64,000 nucleotides of DNA from an uncultured delta proteobacterium (GCA_963811865.1 CAWESZ010000005.1:801893-865892); one strand, 5' to 3'. Counted from the first letter of the stretch, positions 11,781 to 22,011 are shown. The notes: generated by a model from the sequence alone, not told the origin. Numbers and translations are program-made.

Positions 11781-11894
11781 TCGTGATCCGTGCCCGCAGA
11801 TTTTCGGTCGAGTCGCGTTTGGGATAACCTAAACCACGATGGCAAAGCAAGTCAGGTTTCGCGTTGGCGTTAGCGACGGCAACTTGAAACGGCA

Positions 11895-13799
11895 CTAGAG
11901 CGGATTGATGAGTGGAGTGGAAGTGCAGACGCCGGGGCAACTTCCGTCCCCCAGCGAGCAGATCGGACACGGTGTGGAAGTCGCGGCCGGCTCGGGTATC
12001 GTCACGGTGGTCGGCGCACTCGCGGGCACACCGCTCTCGTAGCGCTGCGCGGTATAGGTGTCAGGTGGCGCGCAGAACGAAAACTGTCCGGCGTTGGCGG
12101 TGGTGATCGGCCCGACCTGCGATTCCATTAGTTGGACGTTGTTTTTCGATAGCCGGACCGTGGTGCCGCTGTCAGGCGTGACCGCGACCTCCCCGGTCAG
12201 CGTTCCGTGCCCGACGCAATTGAGCGCCGGGAAGTCCTGGCCGGTCGCACCGCCGGCGACGTTGCTCAGCACCTCGATAGTGTGTCCGGGAAACGGATCG
12301 ATCCGGCCGTTGTAGAAGTCCTGCGCCGCTGCGAACAGGTCGAAGCTCGCAACCTTCGTCGGGACCGCCAAGGTGAACGGCGCGCTGATCTGGCCGCTCG
12401 GGATAGTAACCATCGTGACATTTTCGAGATTGTTGGTGCCGCTGTCCTCCCCCATCACGAGCACCTGGACCTCCGCGCCGGCGGCCGGGGGTGCGTCGAT
12501 CGACACCGTTCCACTGACGGTTGTGCTCGTGAGCGCGAAGCTGCAGTCGAGCGTTGAGCTGTTGGACGAGCCGCATATCGCCGAGACGCCGTTGGTGATG
12601 ACCGGCGCGCTTGCGATTAAGGAATCGTAGCCCCCGGCGATCACCTGGAGCGTGTAGGTGCCGAGGGGGACGGTGTTGAAGAAGGTCGGGTTGAAGATGT
12701 TGCCGGACTGCGGGTAGTAGCCGTTGATACCAGTGTTGGCGACGGCCACGATTACGCAGTCGGCGGGCTTCGTCGAACAATCGGTATCTTCTCCGTCCGG
12801 AGGCACCAGCAGGTTGATCGTCGCGCCTTGAATTCCCGACCCGGTATTTTTATCGGTTATGTGGCCGTTGATTAATCCGTCTTGCGCCGCCGAGACCACC
12901 GTGAAGTCGCGACTGGCACCGCCGCCGCGCGTTATCGCAATACCGGATGCGGCGGAGAATTCGACTCCGGTGCCGCGGACAAAAACGTCGTAGAGCGTGC
13001 CGGCACTCGGCGCCTGCGCGGGAAGCTGGAGGCTGTACGAGCCCGAGACTACCGCCGCGGATCCGGCTAGTTGGCCGGTGCCACGCAGCTCGGCCCGGAT
13101 CTCGGCGCCCTGTGTCGGAACATTCGCCACGCTACCGTGAAGCCTGCCGAGGTAGTCGGCGCCGGTTGCCACCGAGATCGACGGGTCAATGGTGTAAACC
13201 CCGCCCGATCCGGCCGGCGGCGTAATCGTCCCCGGGTCAATGTCGACGATCAGCGGCGGCGCGAACTGTCCATTCACGACATCCAGCGAAACCTTGGCGC
13301 GAATCGGTTTCTGGCTCTCGAGGGCGAGGGGGTAGCTCAGGCATCCCTCGTTGGGAGACGGCGCTTGCGGGCAGTTCGGAACAATCTGGCCCGGGTCGGT
13401 GAAATCCAGCTCCAACTCAACCTGCCGGTATTGCTGGGCGAGTACCGGTTGGGTGGCGAACAGTTGGACCTGGTCCTGCAGGTTGGCGAGATCAATCTGC
13501 AACTCGCCGTGCGTACTGAGACCCCGCGAGACCCTGATCGGTACCCAGTTCGGGTCGGATTTGCTGATGTGCAGGTCGCCGCTGGGATTGATTCGCAGCG
13601 CCAGCACGTTGAGCAGCAGATTCTGGTAGCTGCTGGAGGAACTGTCGACCAAACCCACTTCGACCATCCCGGTGGGGGTGGGAGTGGCGGAACTGCCGCC
13701 CCCGCCGCCGCACCCGACGGGAATCACCACCAGGGCCAGCAGCAGCACCATCGGCGCCAGCAGGGCCAGCGCCGCCCCCGAACCAGGTTGGAATTTCAC
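11895..13799 (-). CDS. large lipoprotein with carboxypeptidase-regulatory-like domains, paralog B (634 aa)
   Basis: Same architecture as paralog A (GATINLL...NGYYPQ...NTVPLGTYTLQVIAGGYD). Identical ~80-bp 5' leader and identical 3' flank to paralog A. Confidence 0.7.
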   Translation of the reverse strand: MKFQPGSGAALALLAPMVLLLALVVIPVGCGGGGGSSATPTPTGMVEVGLVDSSSSSYQNLLLNVLALRINPSGDLHISKSDPNWVPIRVSRGLSTHGELQIDLANLQDQVQLFATQPVLAQQYRQVELELDFTDPGQIVPNCPQAPSPNEGCLSYPLALESQKPIRAKVSLDVVNGQFAPPLIVDIDPGTITPPAGSGGVYTIDPSISVATGADYLGRLHGSVANVPTQGAEIRAELRGTGQLAGSAAVVSGSYSLQLPAQAPSAGTLYDVFVRGTGVEFSAASGIAITRGGGASRDFTVVSAAQDGLINGHITDKNTGSGIQGATINLLVPPDGEDTDCSTKPADCVIVAVANTGINGYYPQSGNIFNPTFFNTVPLGTYTLQVIAGGYDSLIASAPVITNGVSAICGSSNSSTLDCSFALTSTTVSGTVSIDAPPAAGAEVQVLVMGEDSGTNNLENVTMVTIPSGQISAPFTLAVPTKVASFDLFAAAQDFYNGRIDPFPGHTIEVLSNVAGGATGQDFPALNCVGHGTLTGEVAVTPDSGTTVRLSKNNVQLMESQVGPITTANAGQFSFCAPPDTYTAQRYESGVPASAPTTVTIPEPAATSTPCPICSLGDGSCPGVCTSTPLINPL

Positions 13800-13944
13800 T
13801 CGTGATCCGTGCCCGCAGATTTTCGGTCGAGTCGCGTTTGGGATAACCTAAACCACGATGGCAAAGCAAGTCAGGTTCCGCGTGCGCCGCGATTTTCGGG
13901 CTATTGACCCGGCCGTAATCCGGTCCGGAGAATAATTCTCAGGG

Positions 13945-15609
13945 ATGGGCACCTTCAGACCGAGGGCCGCGGCCGTCCGGCTCGCATTTATCGTGTTCGC
14001 GCTTGCCCTGCTCGGCGCGGCGCCGCCGGCCCGCGCCGAGGGGCAGCTATCGGTCGGCAATCCCAGTCTAGAGCATTTCGATTCCGACGGCGGTGTGCAG
14101 CTCGATTTCGGATTGAGCGATTCGAGCGGTGCGCCGATCGGCAACCTGCGGGCCGACGATGTCCAGGTTCTTGAGGACGGCAAGCCGGCCAAAATTCTCG
14201 ACTTCCGGGGCGCCGGCCAGGGACGTCCGGTGGACATCGTGTTCGTGTTGGACATCACCGAGTCGATGCAGCCGTATATCGACGCCGTCAAGCAGAACGT
14301 GATCTCGTTCGCGCAGGACCTGGCGGCCAATAACCGCGATTACCGGCTCGGGCTGGTGACGTTCGAAGACTACGTCGTCTCCAAATATGCCGATTGCAAC
14401 TGCGCGTATCAGCAGAAGATGACCTCGAACGTCAGTGAGTTCACGGGCTGGGTCGGCACGCTGCACGCGGGCGGCGGCGGCGATATCCCGGAGGACCAGC
14501 TCGACGCGCTCGCCTACGCCGCGAGCTTTCCGTTCCGGCCCGAGGCGCAGGGGATCATAATCATTGTCACCGACGCGCCGCCGCATCACGCCGGCGACGG
14601 CTCGGCCCATACCCAGCACGACGCCGCCTTCTGGGACCATCATCCGAACCGCGACGCCGACGTCACCGATCTGACCGGTGACCTGGTGGCCGCGACGCTC
14701 AAGAAGAACGGGCTGACGCTTTACGCGGTAGTGCCGCCGCCCTTCATCGCGCCCGAGTACAAGGAGATCGTGGACGCCACGCACGGCCGCTCGTACAACA
14801 TCGTGACCGAAGAGGGCCGCTTCTCCGAGCTGGTGCGCGAGATCGGGCATTCAATCGCGACCCAATACTCACTCACTTACCGCACGCCGCGTGCGATCGA
14901 AGACGGCACCGACCGCGACGTCCAGCTCACGGTCAACTACGGTGGGCAGAGCTACGTCGGCAAAACCTCGTATCAGGTGCGCGGCGTCGGCGGCGCGGCA
15001 ATCAATATTCCCGAGGATACCGGGAGTGCGGGCGCGGACGCCGAGGGCACCGGGATGCGCCAGTTGTCGTTCTCGTGGTGGAACGGCGCGGTGCCCTTGA
15101 TCGCGCTGCTCGGGCTGGTGGCGCTGTCGCGGATGCGATTTGGTTTGTCGACCGAAGAGCTGAAAGCGATCGTCGAGGCGCAAGCCAACCCGCCGCCGCG
15201 CGCCGCGACCGCACCGCGGCCGGGCTCGCCGCTGCGTCCGGCGGCGCCGTCGGCCGTCGCCGCGCAAACCCGGCCGGGAGCGCCGGTCACGGCGCCGCGC
15301 GCGGCCGGAGTCACGCGCGGGGCGCGACTGGTAGCGATCGATCCGATCGATCCCGTGCCGGCCGAGTACAGTCTGCTCAAGGACGAAATCTCGCTCGGGC
15401 GCGGCGAAGACAACGATGTCGTGATCCCGCACGCGAGCGTCTCGCGCGCGCATGCGCGGCTGCTCCGGCGCGACGGATCGTTCCAGCTGACCGATCTCAA
15501 TTCGACCAACGGCAGCTACGTCAACAATCACGCGGTGAGCGGTTCAGTGGTCGTCGGCAGCGGCAGCGAAGTGCGGCTGGGCGACGTGCGATTTTTATTG
15601 CAGTTCTAG
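13945..15609 (+). CDS. vWA - transmembrane - FHA domain protein (extracellular von Willebrand A domain, cytoplasmic forkhead-associated domain)
   Basis: Signal peptide. MIDAS motif DIVFVLDITESM. TM helix AVPLIALLGLVALS. Pro/Ala-rich linker. C-terminal FHA-like ISLGRGEDNDVVIPHASVSRAHARLLRRDGSFQLTDLNSTNGSYVN. Confidence 0.75.
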   Translation: MGTFRPRAAAVRLAFIVFALALLGAAPPARAEGQLSVGNPSLEHFDSDGGVQLDFGLSDSSGAPIGNLRADDVQVLEDGKPAKILDFRGAGQGRPVDIVFVLDITESMQPYIDAVKQNVISFAQDLAANNRDYRLGLVTFEDYVVSKYADCNCAYQQKMTSNVSEFTGWVGTLHAGGGGDIPEDQLDALAYAASFPFRPEAQGIIIIVTDAPPHHAGDGSAHTQHDAAFWDHHPNRDADVTDLTGDLVAATLKKNGLTLYAVVPPPFIAPEYKEIVDATHGRSYNIVTEEGRFSELVREIGHSIATQYSLTYRTPRAIEDGTDRDVQLTVNYGGQSYVGKTSYQVRGVGGAAINIPEDTGSAGADAEGTGMRQLSFSWWNGAVPLIALLGLVALSRMRFGLSTEELKAIVEAQANPPPRAATAPRPGSPLRPAAPSAVAAQTRPGAPVTAPRAAGVTRGARLVAIDPIDPVPAEYSLLKDEISLGRGEDNDVVIPHASVSRAHARLLRRDGSFQLTDLNSTNGSYVNNHAVSGSVVVGSGSEVRLGDVRFLLQF

Positions 15610-15643
15610 GCTCGCAACCGTGATCGGAAGACGGAGCATCGAG

Positions 15644-16072
15644 ATGAAAAGCGAAAGACGGCTCTATCCAGTCTTGCTGGCCGTCGCGATCCTGATCGCG
15701 GCAGTTCCGGCGCATGCCCAAATGCTGCCGGTATCGACCACGATGGTGCTGGAGAAAGCCGACCCCGATCGGGGCGCGGGCGACCGCCAGGTAGTCACAA
15801 TCGGCATCAAGGACCAGACCTACAAGTTCCTCCTGCGCGACGCCTATGTGGATGATCCGTCGAACCGGGTCGTGTGGCCTGATGTCTGGCAATCGGTCCG
15901 GCAGTTCCGGCCCAACTTCCAGGCTCAGCGCGCCGATCCGGAGACCTTCGAGAAGCTCAAGCCGGGTGACGTCGTGACGGTGAAGGCGATGTACCAGTTG
16001 AAGATCCGATCGTTCACGATAGTCAGCGTTACGCCCGGCTCCGGCACCTTCGGTCCGGCGCACAACTACTGA
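15644..16072 (+). CDS. hypothetical small secreted protein
   Basis: Signal peptide LLAVAILIAAVPAHA, ~140 aa, immediately downstream of the vWA-FHA gene. Confidence 0.45.
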   Translation: MKSERRLYPVLLAVAILIAAVPAHAQMLPVSTTMVLEKADPDRGAGDRQVVTIGIKDQTYKFLLRDAYVDDPSNRVVWPDVWQSVRQFRPNFQAQRADPETFEKLKPGDVVTVKAMYQLKIRSFTIVSVTPGSGTFGPAHNY

Positions 16073-16181
16073 GCGGGTCCGAATCGGTCCTGCCTCCCGC
16101 CGCGAGGGTTGTACCATCGCGGACGCAGCGTGTACTCTTGCTGTTCCGCCGCGTATTTTCAGCGGCGATGCACGAACAACC

Positions 16182-17885
16182 ATGAAAAAGCTTACCGGAG
16201 CACAAATCACCATCGAGAGTCTGATCGCCGAGGGCGCAGACGTAATCTTCGGCTATCCCGGCGGCGCGATCCTGCCGACCTATGACGCGCTGCTCGACTC
16301 GAAGATCAAGCACGTGCTGGTCCGGCACGAGCAGGGCGCGACCCATATGGCCGAGGGCTACGCGCGCGTCAGCGGACGGCCGGGAGTCGTGATGGTCACC
16401 TCCGGCCCGGGCGCGACCAACTGCATCACCGGCATCGCCGACGCCTACATGGATTCGACCCCGATCGTGGTCATCACGGGCCAGGTCTCGACTTCGCTGA
16501 TCGGCAACGACGCTTTTCAGGAAGCCGACGTGGTCGGCATCACGCGCCCCTGCACCAAGCACAACTACCTCGTCAAAGACGTGAAGGACCTCGCGCGCAT
16601 CATCAAGGAAGCCTTCTATATCGCCGGGACCGGACGGCCCGGTCCGGTCGTGGTCGATCTGCCCAAGGACGTGCAGCAGGCCGAGTGCGTTTTCAAGTAT
16701 CCCGACAAGGTCGACATCCGCGGCTACAAGCCGAACTTCAAGGGCAATCCGCGCCAGATCGAGCGCGCGATCGAGGCCATCGAGAAAAGCGAACGGCCGC
16801 TGTTCTATGTCGGCGGCGGCGTGCAATGGTCGGGCGGCGCTCCCGAGCTGACCCAGCTCGCGCGCGGACTGGGAATTCCGATCTGTGAGACCCTGATGGG
16901 CCTCGGATCGTTCCCGGCTTCCGACCCGCTGTGTCTCGGGATGCTCGGGATGCACGGCTCGTACGGCACCAACACCGCGGTCACCAATACCGATTGTCTG
17001 ATCGCGGTGGGCGCGCGCTTCGACGATCGCGTCACCGGGCGGCTCGCCGATTTCGCGCCCAAGGCCGAGTCGATCATCCATATCGATATCGACCCGTCGT
17101 CGATCTCCAAGAACGTCAAGGTCGACGTCCCGATCGTGGGCGATATCAAGTTGGTGCTCGCCGACATGCTGAAGGTCGTCAAGGGCCGCGAGTCGATCGG
17201 CAAGCGCCGCGCGCTCTGGACCAAGTGGCATCAGCAGATCCTCCAGTGGCGGAAGGAAAAGCCGCTGTACGAGAACAATCGCGAGGGCAAGGGCGACTCC
17301 GTTTCTCCCCAGCACGTGCTCGAGGAGCTGCACGGGCTGACCAAGGGCGACTGCATCATCGCGACCGACGTCGGGCAGCATCAGATGTGGGTCGCGCAAC
17401 TCTTTCCGTTCGAGCATCCGCGCTCGCTGCTGACCTCCGGCGGGCTGGGCACGATGGGTTACGGGCTGCCGGCGGGAATCGGCGCGAAGTTTGCGGCGCC
17501 CGATCGGCGCGTGGTGGTGATCTCGGGCGATGGATCGTTCCAGATGAATATCCAGGAACTCGGCACCGCGGTCGCCTACAACGTGGACATCAAGGTGATC
17601 ATCCTGAACAACCATTTTCTCGGGATGGTCCGGCAGTGGCAGGAGAAGTTCTACGCGGAGCGCTACTCGTACTCCGCGATGTCGGTGCCCGACTTCGTGA
17701 AGATCGCGGACGCTTACGGCGCCAAGGGCTTCAGAGTGGAGAAGGCGGGAGAGCTCGCGGCCACGATGAAAGCGGCCTTCGCGACGCCCGGGCCGGTGCT
17801 GATCGACGTGGTGATCCCGAAGGAAGAGGCCGTGATGCCGATGATTCCGCCGGGCGGCTCGATGTCCGAGATGCTGTTCGCGTAG
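16182..17885 (+). CDS. ilvB: acetolactate synthase large (catalytic) subunit, biosynthetic type
   Basis: Full-length 567-aa TPP enzyme: GYPGGAILP, HEQGATHMAEGYARVSGRPGVVMVTSGPGATN, C-terminal TPP-binding GDGSFQMN. Confidence 0.9.
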   Translation: MKKLTGAQITIESLIAEGADVIFGYPGGAILPTYDALLDSKIKHVLVRHEQGATHMAEGYARVSGRPGVVMVTSGPGATNCITGIADAYMDSTPIVVITGQVSTSLIGNDAFQEADVVGITRPCTKHNYLVKDVKDLARIIKEAFYIAGTGRPGPVVVDLPKDVQQAECVFKYPDKVDIRGYKPNFKGNPRQIERAIEAIEKSERPLFYVGGGVQWSGGAPELTQLARGLGIPICETLMGLGSFPASDPLCLGMLGMHGSYGTNTAVTNTDCLIAVGARFDDRVTGRLADFAPKAESIIHIDIDPSSISKNVKVDVPIVGDIKLVLADMLKVVKGRESIGKRRALWTKWHQQILQWRKEKPLYENNREGKGDSVSPQHVLEELHGLTKGDCIIATDVGQHQMWVAQLFPFEHPRSLLTSGGLGTMGYGLPAGIGAKFAAPDRRVVVISGDGSFQMNIQELGTAVAYNVDIKVIILNNHFLGMVRQWQEKFYAERYSYSAMSVPDFVKIADAYGAKGFRVEKAGELAATMKAAFATPGPVLIDVVIPKEEAVMPMIPPGGSMSEMLFA

Positions 17886-17961
17886 CGTCCGAGGTTCCTC
17901 TTTTCCTACGCCTCTCCCTGACCAGGAGAGGCCGGCGCGCCGCGCGCCGGGTGAGGGTGAA

Positions 17962-18504
17962 ATGCCGCGAGTACCGTATCTAAATCGCGAAGACCTTCCC
18001 GAAAAAGACCGTGAGATCTTCGACCAGCTTGCCGAGGAGCGTGGCCAGCCAGTCGGTAACATTTTCCGTACGCTTGCCCACACGCCCAACCTGCTCAAGC
18101 GCTTCGTTTCGCTCGGCGGCCATCTGCGCAATCGGACTGCGCTCGACCCCAAGCTGCGCGAACTCGCGATCCTGACCGTCGGGCGATTGGCCAACGCCGA
18201 GTACGAATTCGTCCATCATTGGAATATCGCGCTGCGGGTGGGCGTGCCGCGCGAGCAGCTCGAGCGGCTGGCCGACTTCGAGACCGCCAAGGTGTTCAAC
18301 GATCAGGAGCGCGCCGTGATCCGGTACGCGGTCGAGGCGACGAACAATATCAAGGTGAGCGACCAGACGTTCGAGCCGCTGCGCGGCTTCCTCGACAACC
18401 GGCGCATCCTGGAGCTGGTCCAGAATGTAGCATTCTACAACATGGTGGTGCGCATCCTGGTCCCGCTCGGCGTGGAGTTGGAGCCGGGCGCCACGAAGGG
18501 GTAG
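17962..18504 (+). CDS. carboxymuconolactone decarboxylase family protein (AhpD-like)
   Basis: Typical CMD-family sequence with the conserved ...AEYEFVHHW... region, 180 aa. Confidence 0.8.
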   Translation: MPRVPYLNREDLPEKDREIFDQLAEERGQPVGNIFRTLAHTPNLLKRFVSLGGHLRNRTALDPKLRELAILTVGRLANAEYEFVHHWNIALRVGVPREQLERLADFETAKVFNDQERAVIRYAVEATNNIKVSDQTFEPLRGFLDNRRILELVQNVAFYNMVVRILVPLGVELEPGATKG

Positions 18505-18589
18505 GGCGACAGCCACGCCGGATGCGATCGGCAGCCCCGGATGCTACGCTGAGCCGCAGTCTGAGGGCGCGCCGCGGCGCGCTGACGCG

Positions 18590-18799
18590 ATGCAGGACTT
18601 GCAGTTTGCCCAGGATCTGGTGAGTTCGCTGTTGACGATGGCGATCACCGCGATCTGGCCCCCGGTCGGCACCGGCGCGTTCTGGATTATGGTCGGGATC
18701 TACGGCGTAGTCTCGGTGCTGTTCGACGACGAGACCCGGCGCGGAATTCCCGGCATCGAGTACTTGCCCGAAGAGGAACCCTCGAAGACGACAAACTGA
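18590..18799 (+). CDS. hypothetical small membrane protein
   Basis: 69-aa ORF with two hydrophobic helices. Weak support. Confidence 0.3.
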   Translation: MQDLQFAQDLVSSLLTMAITAIWPPVGTGAFWIMVGIYGVVSVLFDDETRRGIPGIEYLPEEEPSKTTN

Positions 18800-18866
18800 G
18801 CGGGAAGCTGAGGACGACCGCGTGCCGGGTGACCGGCGAGACGCCGGTCCTACCGGATTGCGGATT

Positions 18867-19583
18867 CTAACTGCCGAGGTGGCGCGCGAAGAACGCCTCG
18901 ACGCGTTTCCAGCTATCCGCGGCCGCGTCGCGCTCGAAGCCGACCTTCATCGGGCCCCACGATCCCAACGTCGCCATCACACCCGAGTTCTGACTCATGA
19001 AGCTATGCCCGGCGTCCGGGTAGATCTTCACGTCGTGATCGACGCCGAGTTCGCCGAGCAGTTTGTCGAGTCGCTCCCCTTGTGGGGCATAGAGGCGATC
19101 GCGGCCGCCGTAACCCGCGACCACCGGGCAAGCGCCGCGCAACGCGTCGGACGCTTTGGGGACGTCGCCGTAAAAGACCGCCGCGGCGCCGAGCGGCGCG
19201 CGTACGGCATAGAGCAACGCGAATCCGCCGCCCAGGCAGAACCCGATCACGCCGATCTTCGACGCATCGACCTTGGGCTGCTTTTGCAGAAAGGCGCGCG
19301 CGGCATCGAGGTCTTCAAACGCCTGGCCGGTCCCACGGCGCATCGCGAGCAGCGTGCGCAGGACGCAGATCGAGCGCATCCCGGGACCGTCGTAGAGATC
19401 CGGTGCGAGCGCGACGTAGCCCAGGTCGGCGACCATCCCGGTGAGCCGGCGAATGTCGTTGTTGAGGCCGAAGATTTCGTGGATCACGATCACGCCCGGC
19501 CGCGCGCGATCGTCTTCGTCATGCGTCGCGATCGCGGCGCGCATCGGATGGCCGCTGGCGGCGGGAAATGTGATGTCGCGCGT
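18867..19583 (-). CDS. dienelactone hydrolase family protein
   Basis: GFCLGGGFALL nucleophile elbow, C-terminal YPDAGHSF. Internal ATG (MAITRDITF) is preferred as the start. Confidence 0.8.
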   Translation of the reverse strand, partial: TRDITFPAASGHPMRAAIATHDEDDRARPGVIVIHEIFGLNNDIRRLTGMVADLGYVALAPDLYDGPGMRSICVLRTLLAMRRGTGQAFEDLDAARAFLQKQPKVDASKIGVIGFCLGGGFALLYAVRAPLGAAAVFYGDVPKASDALRGACPVVAGYGGRDRLYAPQGERLDKLLGELGVDHDVKIYPDAGHSFMSQNSGVMATLGSWGPMKVGFERDAAADSWKRVEAFFARHLGS

Positions 19584-19603
19584 GATGGCCATGTGATCGC
19601 GGC

Positions 19604-20489
19604 TCAGCTCTTGGCGCCGCGCTTGGCGGCTTTGCTCTTCGCGCGCGGACCTGCGCCGTAGTCGCCGAATGGCTCGTCGCGTTCGCGCACCGCCTGCCGA
19701 AAGCCGACCTCCTGCGCGCGCGTCACGAAATCGAGTCCCTCCTGCGTATGGCGCGCGATCCCGTCGAACATCGAGCCGAGCAGCCGCGACGAATCGAGTC
19801 CCATCTGCTCCGCCGGATGGTTGCACATCAGCTTGAGCATCTGGAGCTGATTGAGCGGCACGCGCGCCATCCGCGTGGCAAAGGCCATCGCATGCGCCTG
19901 AAGTTGATCGTCGGGAACCGTTTCGAGTATCAAGCCGATCCGCGCGGCTTCGGGCGCAGTGATTTCGTCGCCGGTCAGCAGATAACGCTTGGCGCGCTCG
20001 AAGCCGAGCCGATAGACCCACATCGCGGTAGTCGGCGTACCCCACACCCGCGACGGTGGATAGCCGAACGAGGCCGACTCGCCGGCGATTATGATGTCCG
20101 CGCAGAGCACCATGTCGGTACCGCCCGCGATACACCATCCCTGCACCGCCGCGATCGTCGGCTTACTCGCGTACCAGAGTTTCAGGTAAGTCTTCACGTA
20201 GCGGGAGATCATCTGGAAGATCCGCGACCGAGTCCCACGCGCGGGCGCGGCCCTGATGCTCCTCGGCCTGCGCGCGCGTCGACCAGTCGAGCCCGTAGCC
20301 GGCGCAGAACGCGGGACCTTCGGCGCGCAGCAGGATCACGCGGACGTTGCGGTCGGTGTCGGCGGCGTCGATCGCGGCGGCCAGTTCGTCGCGCAGTTGC
20401 GGCGTGATCGTGTTGTACTCGGCCGCGCGGCACAGCACGATCGAGCGCACGCCGTTTAAGGTCTCGATCCGCACCGCTGGCGTTGTCAT
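19604..20489 (-). CDS. enoyl-CoA hydratase/isomerase (crotonase) family protein; apparent frameshift near 20200
   Basis: N-terminal half ...VILLRAEGPAFCAGYGLDW (ORF 20163-20657) and C-terminal half with ...WCIAGGTDMVLCADIIIAGESASFG (ORF 19604-20212) lie in different frames. Confidence 0.7.
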
Positions 20490-20689
20490 CGCTGGGCTCT
20501 CCTGTGGGCGAATGGTTCGGTGCGAGGGTGCCGCGCGGACGGAATACCGAGCCTGCTTCGCCTCCTCTACCGATTCGATTTGTATTTCAGAACCGTCAAC
20601 GTTGACAAGCGCCGCGCGTGGGATCATTGTGTGCGGCTCGCGACGGAACCACTTCAACGCGCTCGAAGATTTTCGAGGGAGATCGAATC

Positions 20690-21991
20690 ATGCCGGTGAT
20701 CGGCCTTGATTTCGGCACCACCAACAGCGCGCTCTGTATCGCGGGCGCCGCCGACGAACCCGTGATGGCGCAGTTTGCGGCCGCCACTGCCGCCGACAGC
20801 GCCGCGACCACCGATACGTTCCGCTCGATCCTGTTCTTCAATCCGGAACTGGCAGGCAGTGATGCGGGATCGTTCGCGGGTCCCGGCGCGATTCGCGAAT
20901 ATCTGGCCGCGGGCGGCAATGGGCGTCTGATCCAGTCACTGAAGAGTTTTCTCGCTGATCGCGGCTTTCAATCGACGCAGATTTTAGATCGAATCTACCG
21001 GCTGGAGGATCTGGTCGCACTGATCCTGATTCCGCTGCGCGCCGAAGCCGCGGCGTTTCTCGGGACGCTCGGCAATCGCGCCGTAGTCGGGCGGCCGGTT
21101 CATTTTTCGTCCGCCGCAGGCGAAAGCGACGAGCGCCTGGCGGAAACGCGGCTTCAAGTCGCGCTGAAACGCGCCGGCTTCGAGCACGTGATCTTCGAGT
21201 ACGAGCCGGTCGCCGCCGCGTATCACTACGGCCGCCGAATCGATCGCGAGGAGGTGGTGCTGATCGGCGACTTCGGCGGCGGCACCAGTGACTTTTCGCT
21301 GCTGCGGATTTCACCCGGCGCGGGCGAGCGCCACCAGATCGGTTACGAAATTCTGGGTAACGACGGCGTCGCGATCGCCGGCGACGCATTCGATCGCGAG
21401 TTGCTGCGCCATCTGGTGGTGCCCGCGCTGGGGCGCGGATCGAAATATCGATCGCCGTATGGGCGCGTGCTGCCGATTCCGAACCCGATCTATTTCAACT
21501 TTGAGCGCTGGCATCAGCTCTCGTTCATGAAGGCGCGCGCGACCATGAACAAGCTCGCGGAATTGCGCGCGACGGCTCTGGAAGCCGACAAGATCGCCGC
21601 CCTGATCCATATCGTCGGCAACGATCTCGGTTACCTGCTCTTCAAGTCCGTCGAGCGCGCCAAGGCCGAATTGTCGTCCGCCGAGGAGAGCATTTTCAGG
21701 TTCAGCGACGGTCCGGTCGCGATCGAAAAGCGCGTGACGCGCGAGGAATTCGAGCGCTGGATTACTCCCGAGCTGAAAGCGATCGCGGAATGCGTCGACC
21801 GCCTGATGACCACCAGCGGTCTGGCCCGGGCGCGCGTGGATCGCGTCTTCCTGACCGGCGGGTCGTCGTTCGTGCCGGCGGTGCGCCGAATCTTCGAGAC
21901 CCGCTTCGGCGCGGAGCGAATCCGCACCGGCGACGAGTTCAGCTCGGTCGCGCGCGGCCTCGCGCTGCGCGCCCTGGATTTGGAGGCGTAG
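20690..21991 (+). CDS. Hsp70-family (actin-like ATPase) protein, YegD-like putative chaperone
   Basis: N-terminal phosphate-1 motif MPVIGLDFGTTNSAL. DFGGGTSDFSLL (phosphate-2/connect motif). ~430 aa, lacking the long DnaK substrate-binding domain. Confidence 0.7.
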   Translation: MPVIGLDFGTTNSALCIAGAADEPVMAQFAAATAADSAATTDTFRSILFFNPELAGSDAGSFAGPGAIREYLAAGGNGRLIQSLKSFLADRGFQSTQILDRIYRLEDLVALILIPLRAEAAAFLGTLGNRAVVGRPVHFSSAAGESDERLAETRLQVALKRAGFEHVIFEYEPVAAAYHYGRRIDREEVVLIGDFGGGTSDFSLLRISPGAGERHQIGYEILGNDGVAIAGDAFDRELLRHLVVPALGRGSKYRSPYGRVLPIPNPIYFNFERWHQLSFMKARATMNKLAELRATALEADKIAALIHIVGNDLGYLLFKSVERAKAELSSAEESIFRFSDGPVAIEKRVTREEFERWITPELKAIAECVDRLMTTSGLARARVDRVFLTGGSSFVPAVRRIFETRFGAERIRTGDEFSSVARGLALRALDLEA

Positions 21992-22011
21992 GGAAGAACC
22001 TAACCCGCCGA

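Noticed and set aside
16029-18194. 721-aa minus-strand ORF antisense to ilvB, and many other long antisense ORFs (e.g. 3016-3900, 8211-8894, 21311-22423, 38573-39382)
   Set aside because: Typical stop-codon-poor shadow ORFs of high-GC DNA. They overlap well-supported genes on the other strand and have Arg/Ala/Gly/Pro-rich low-complexity translations with no motifs.
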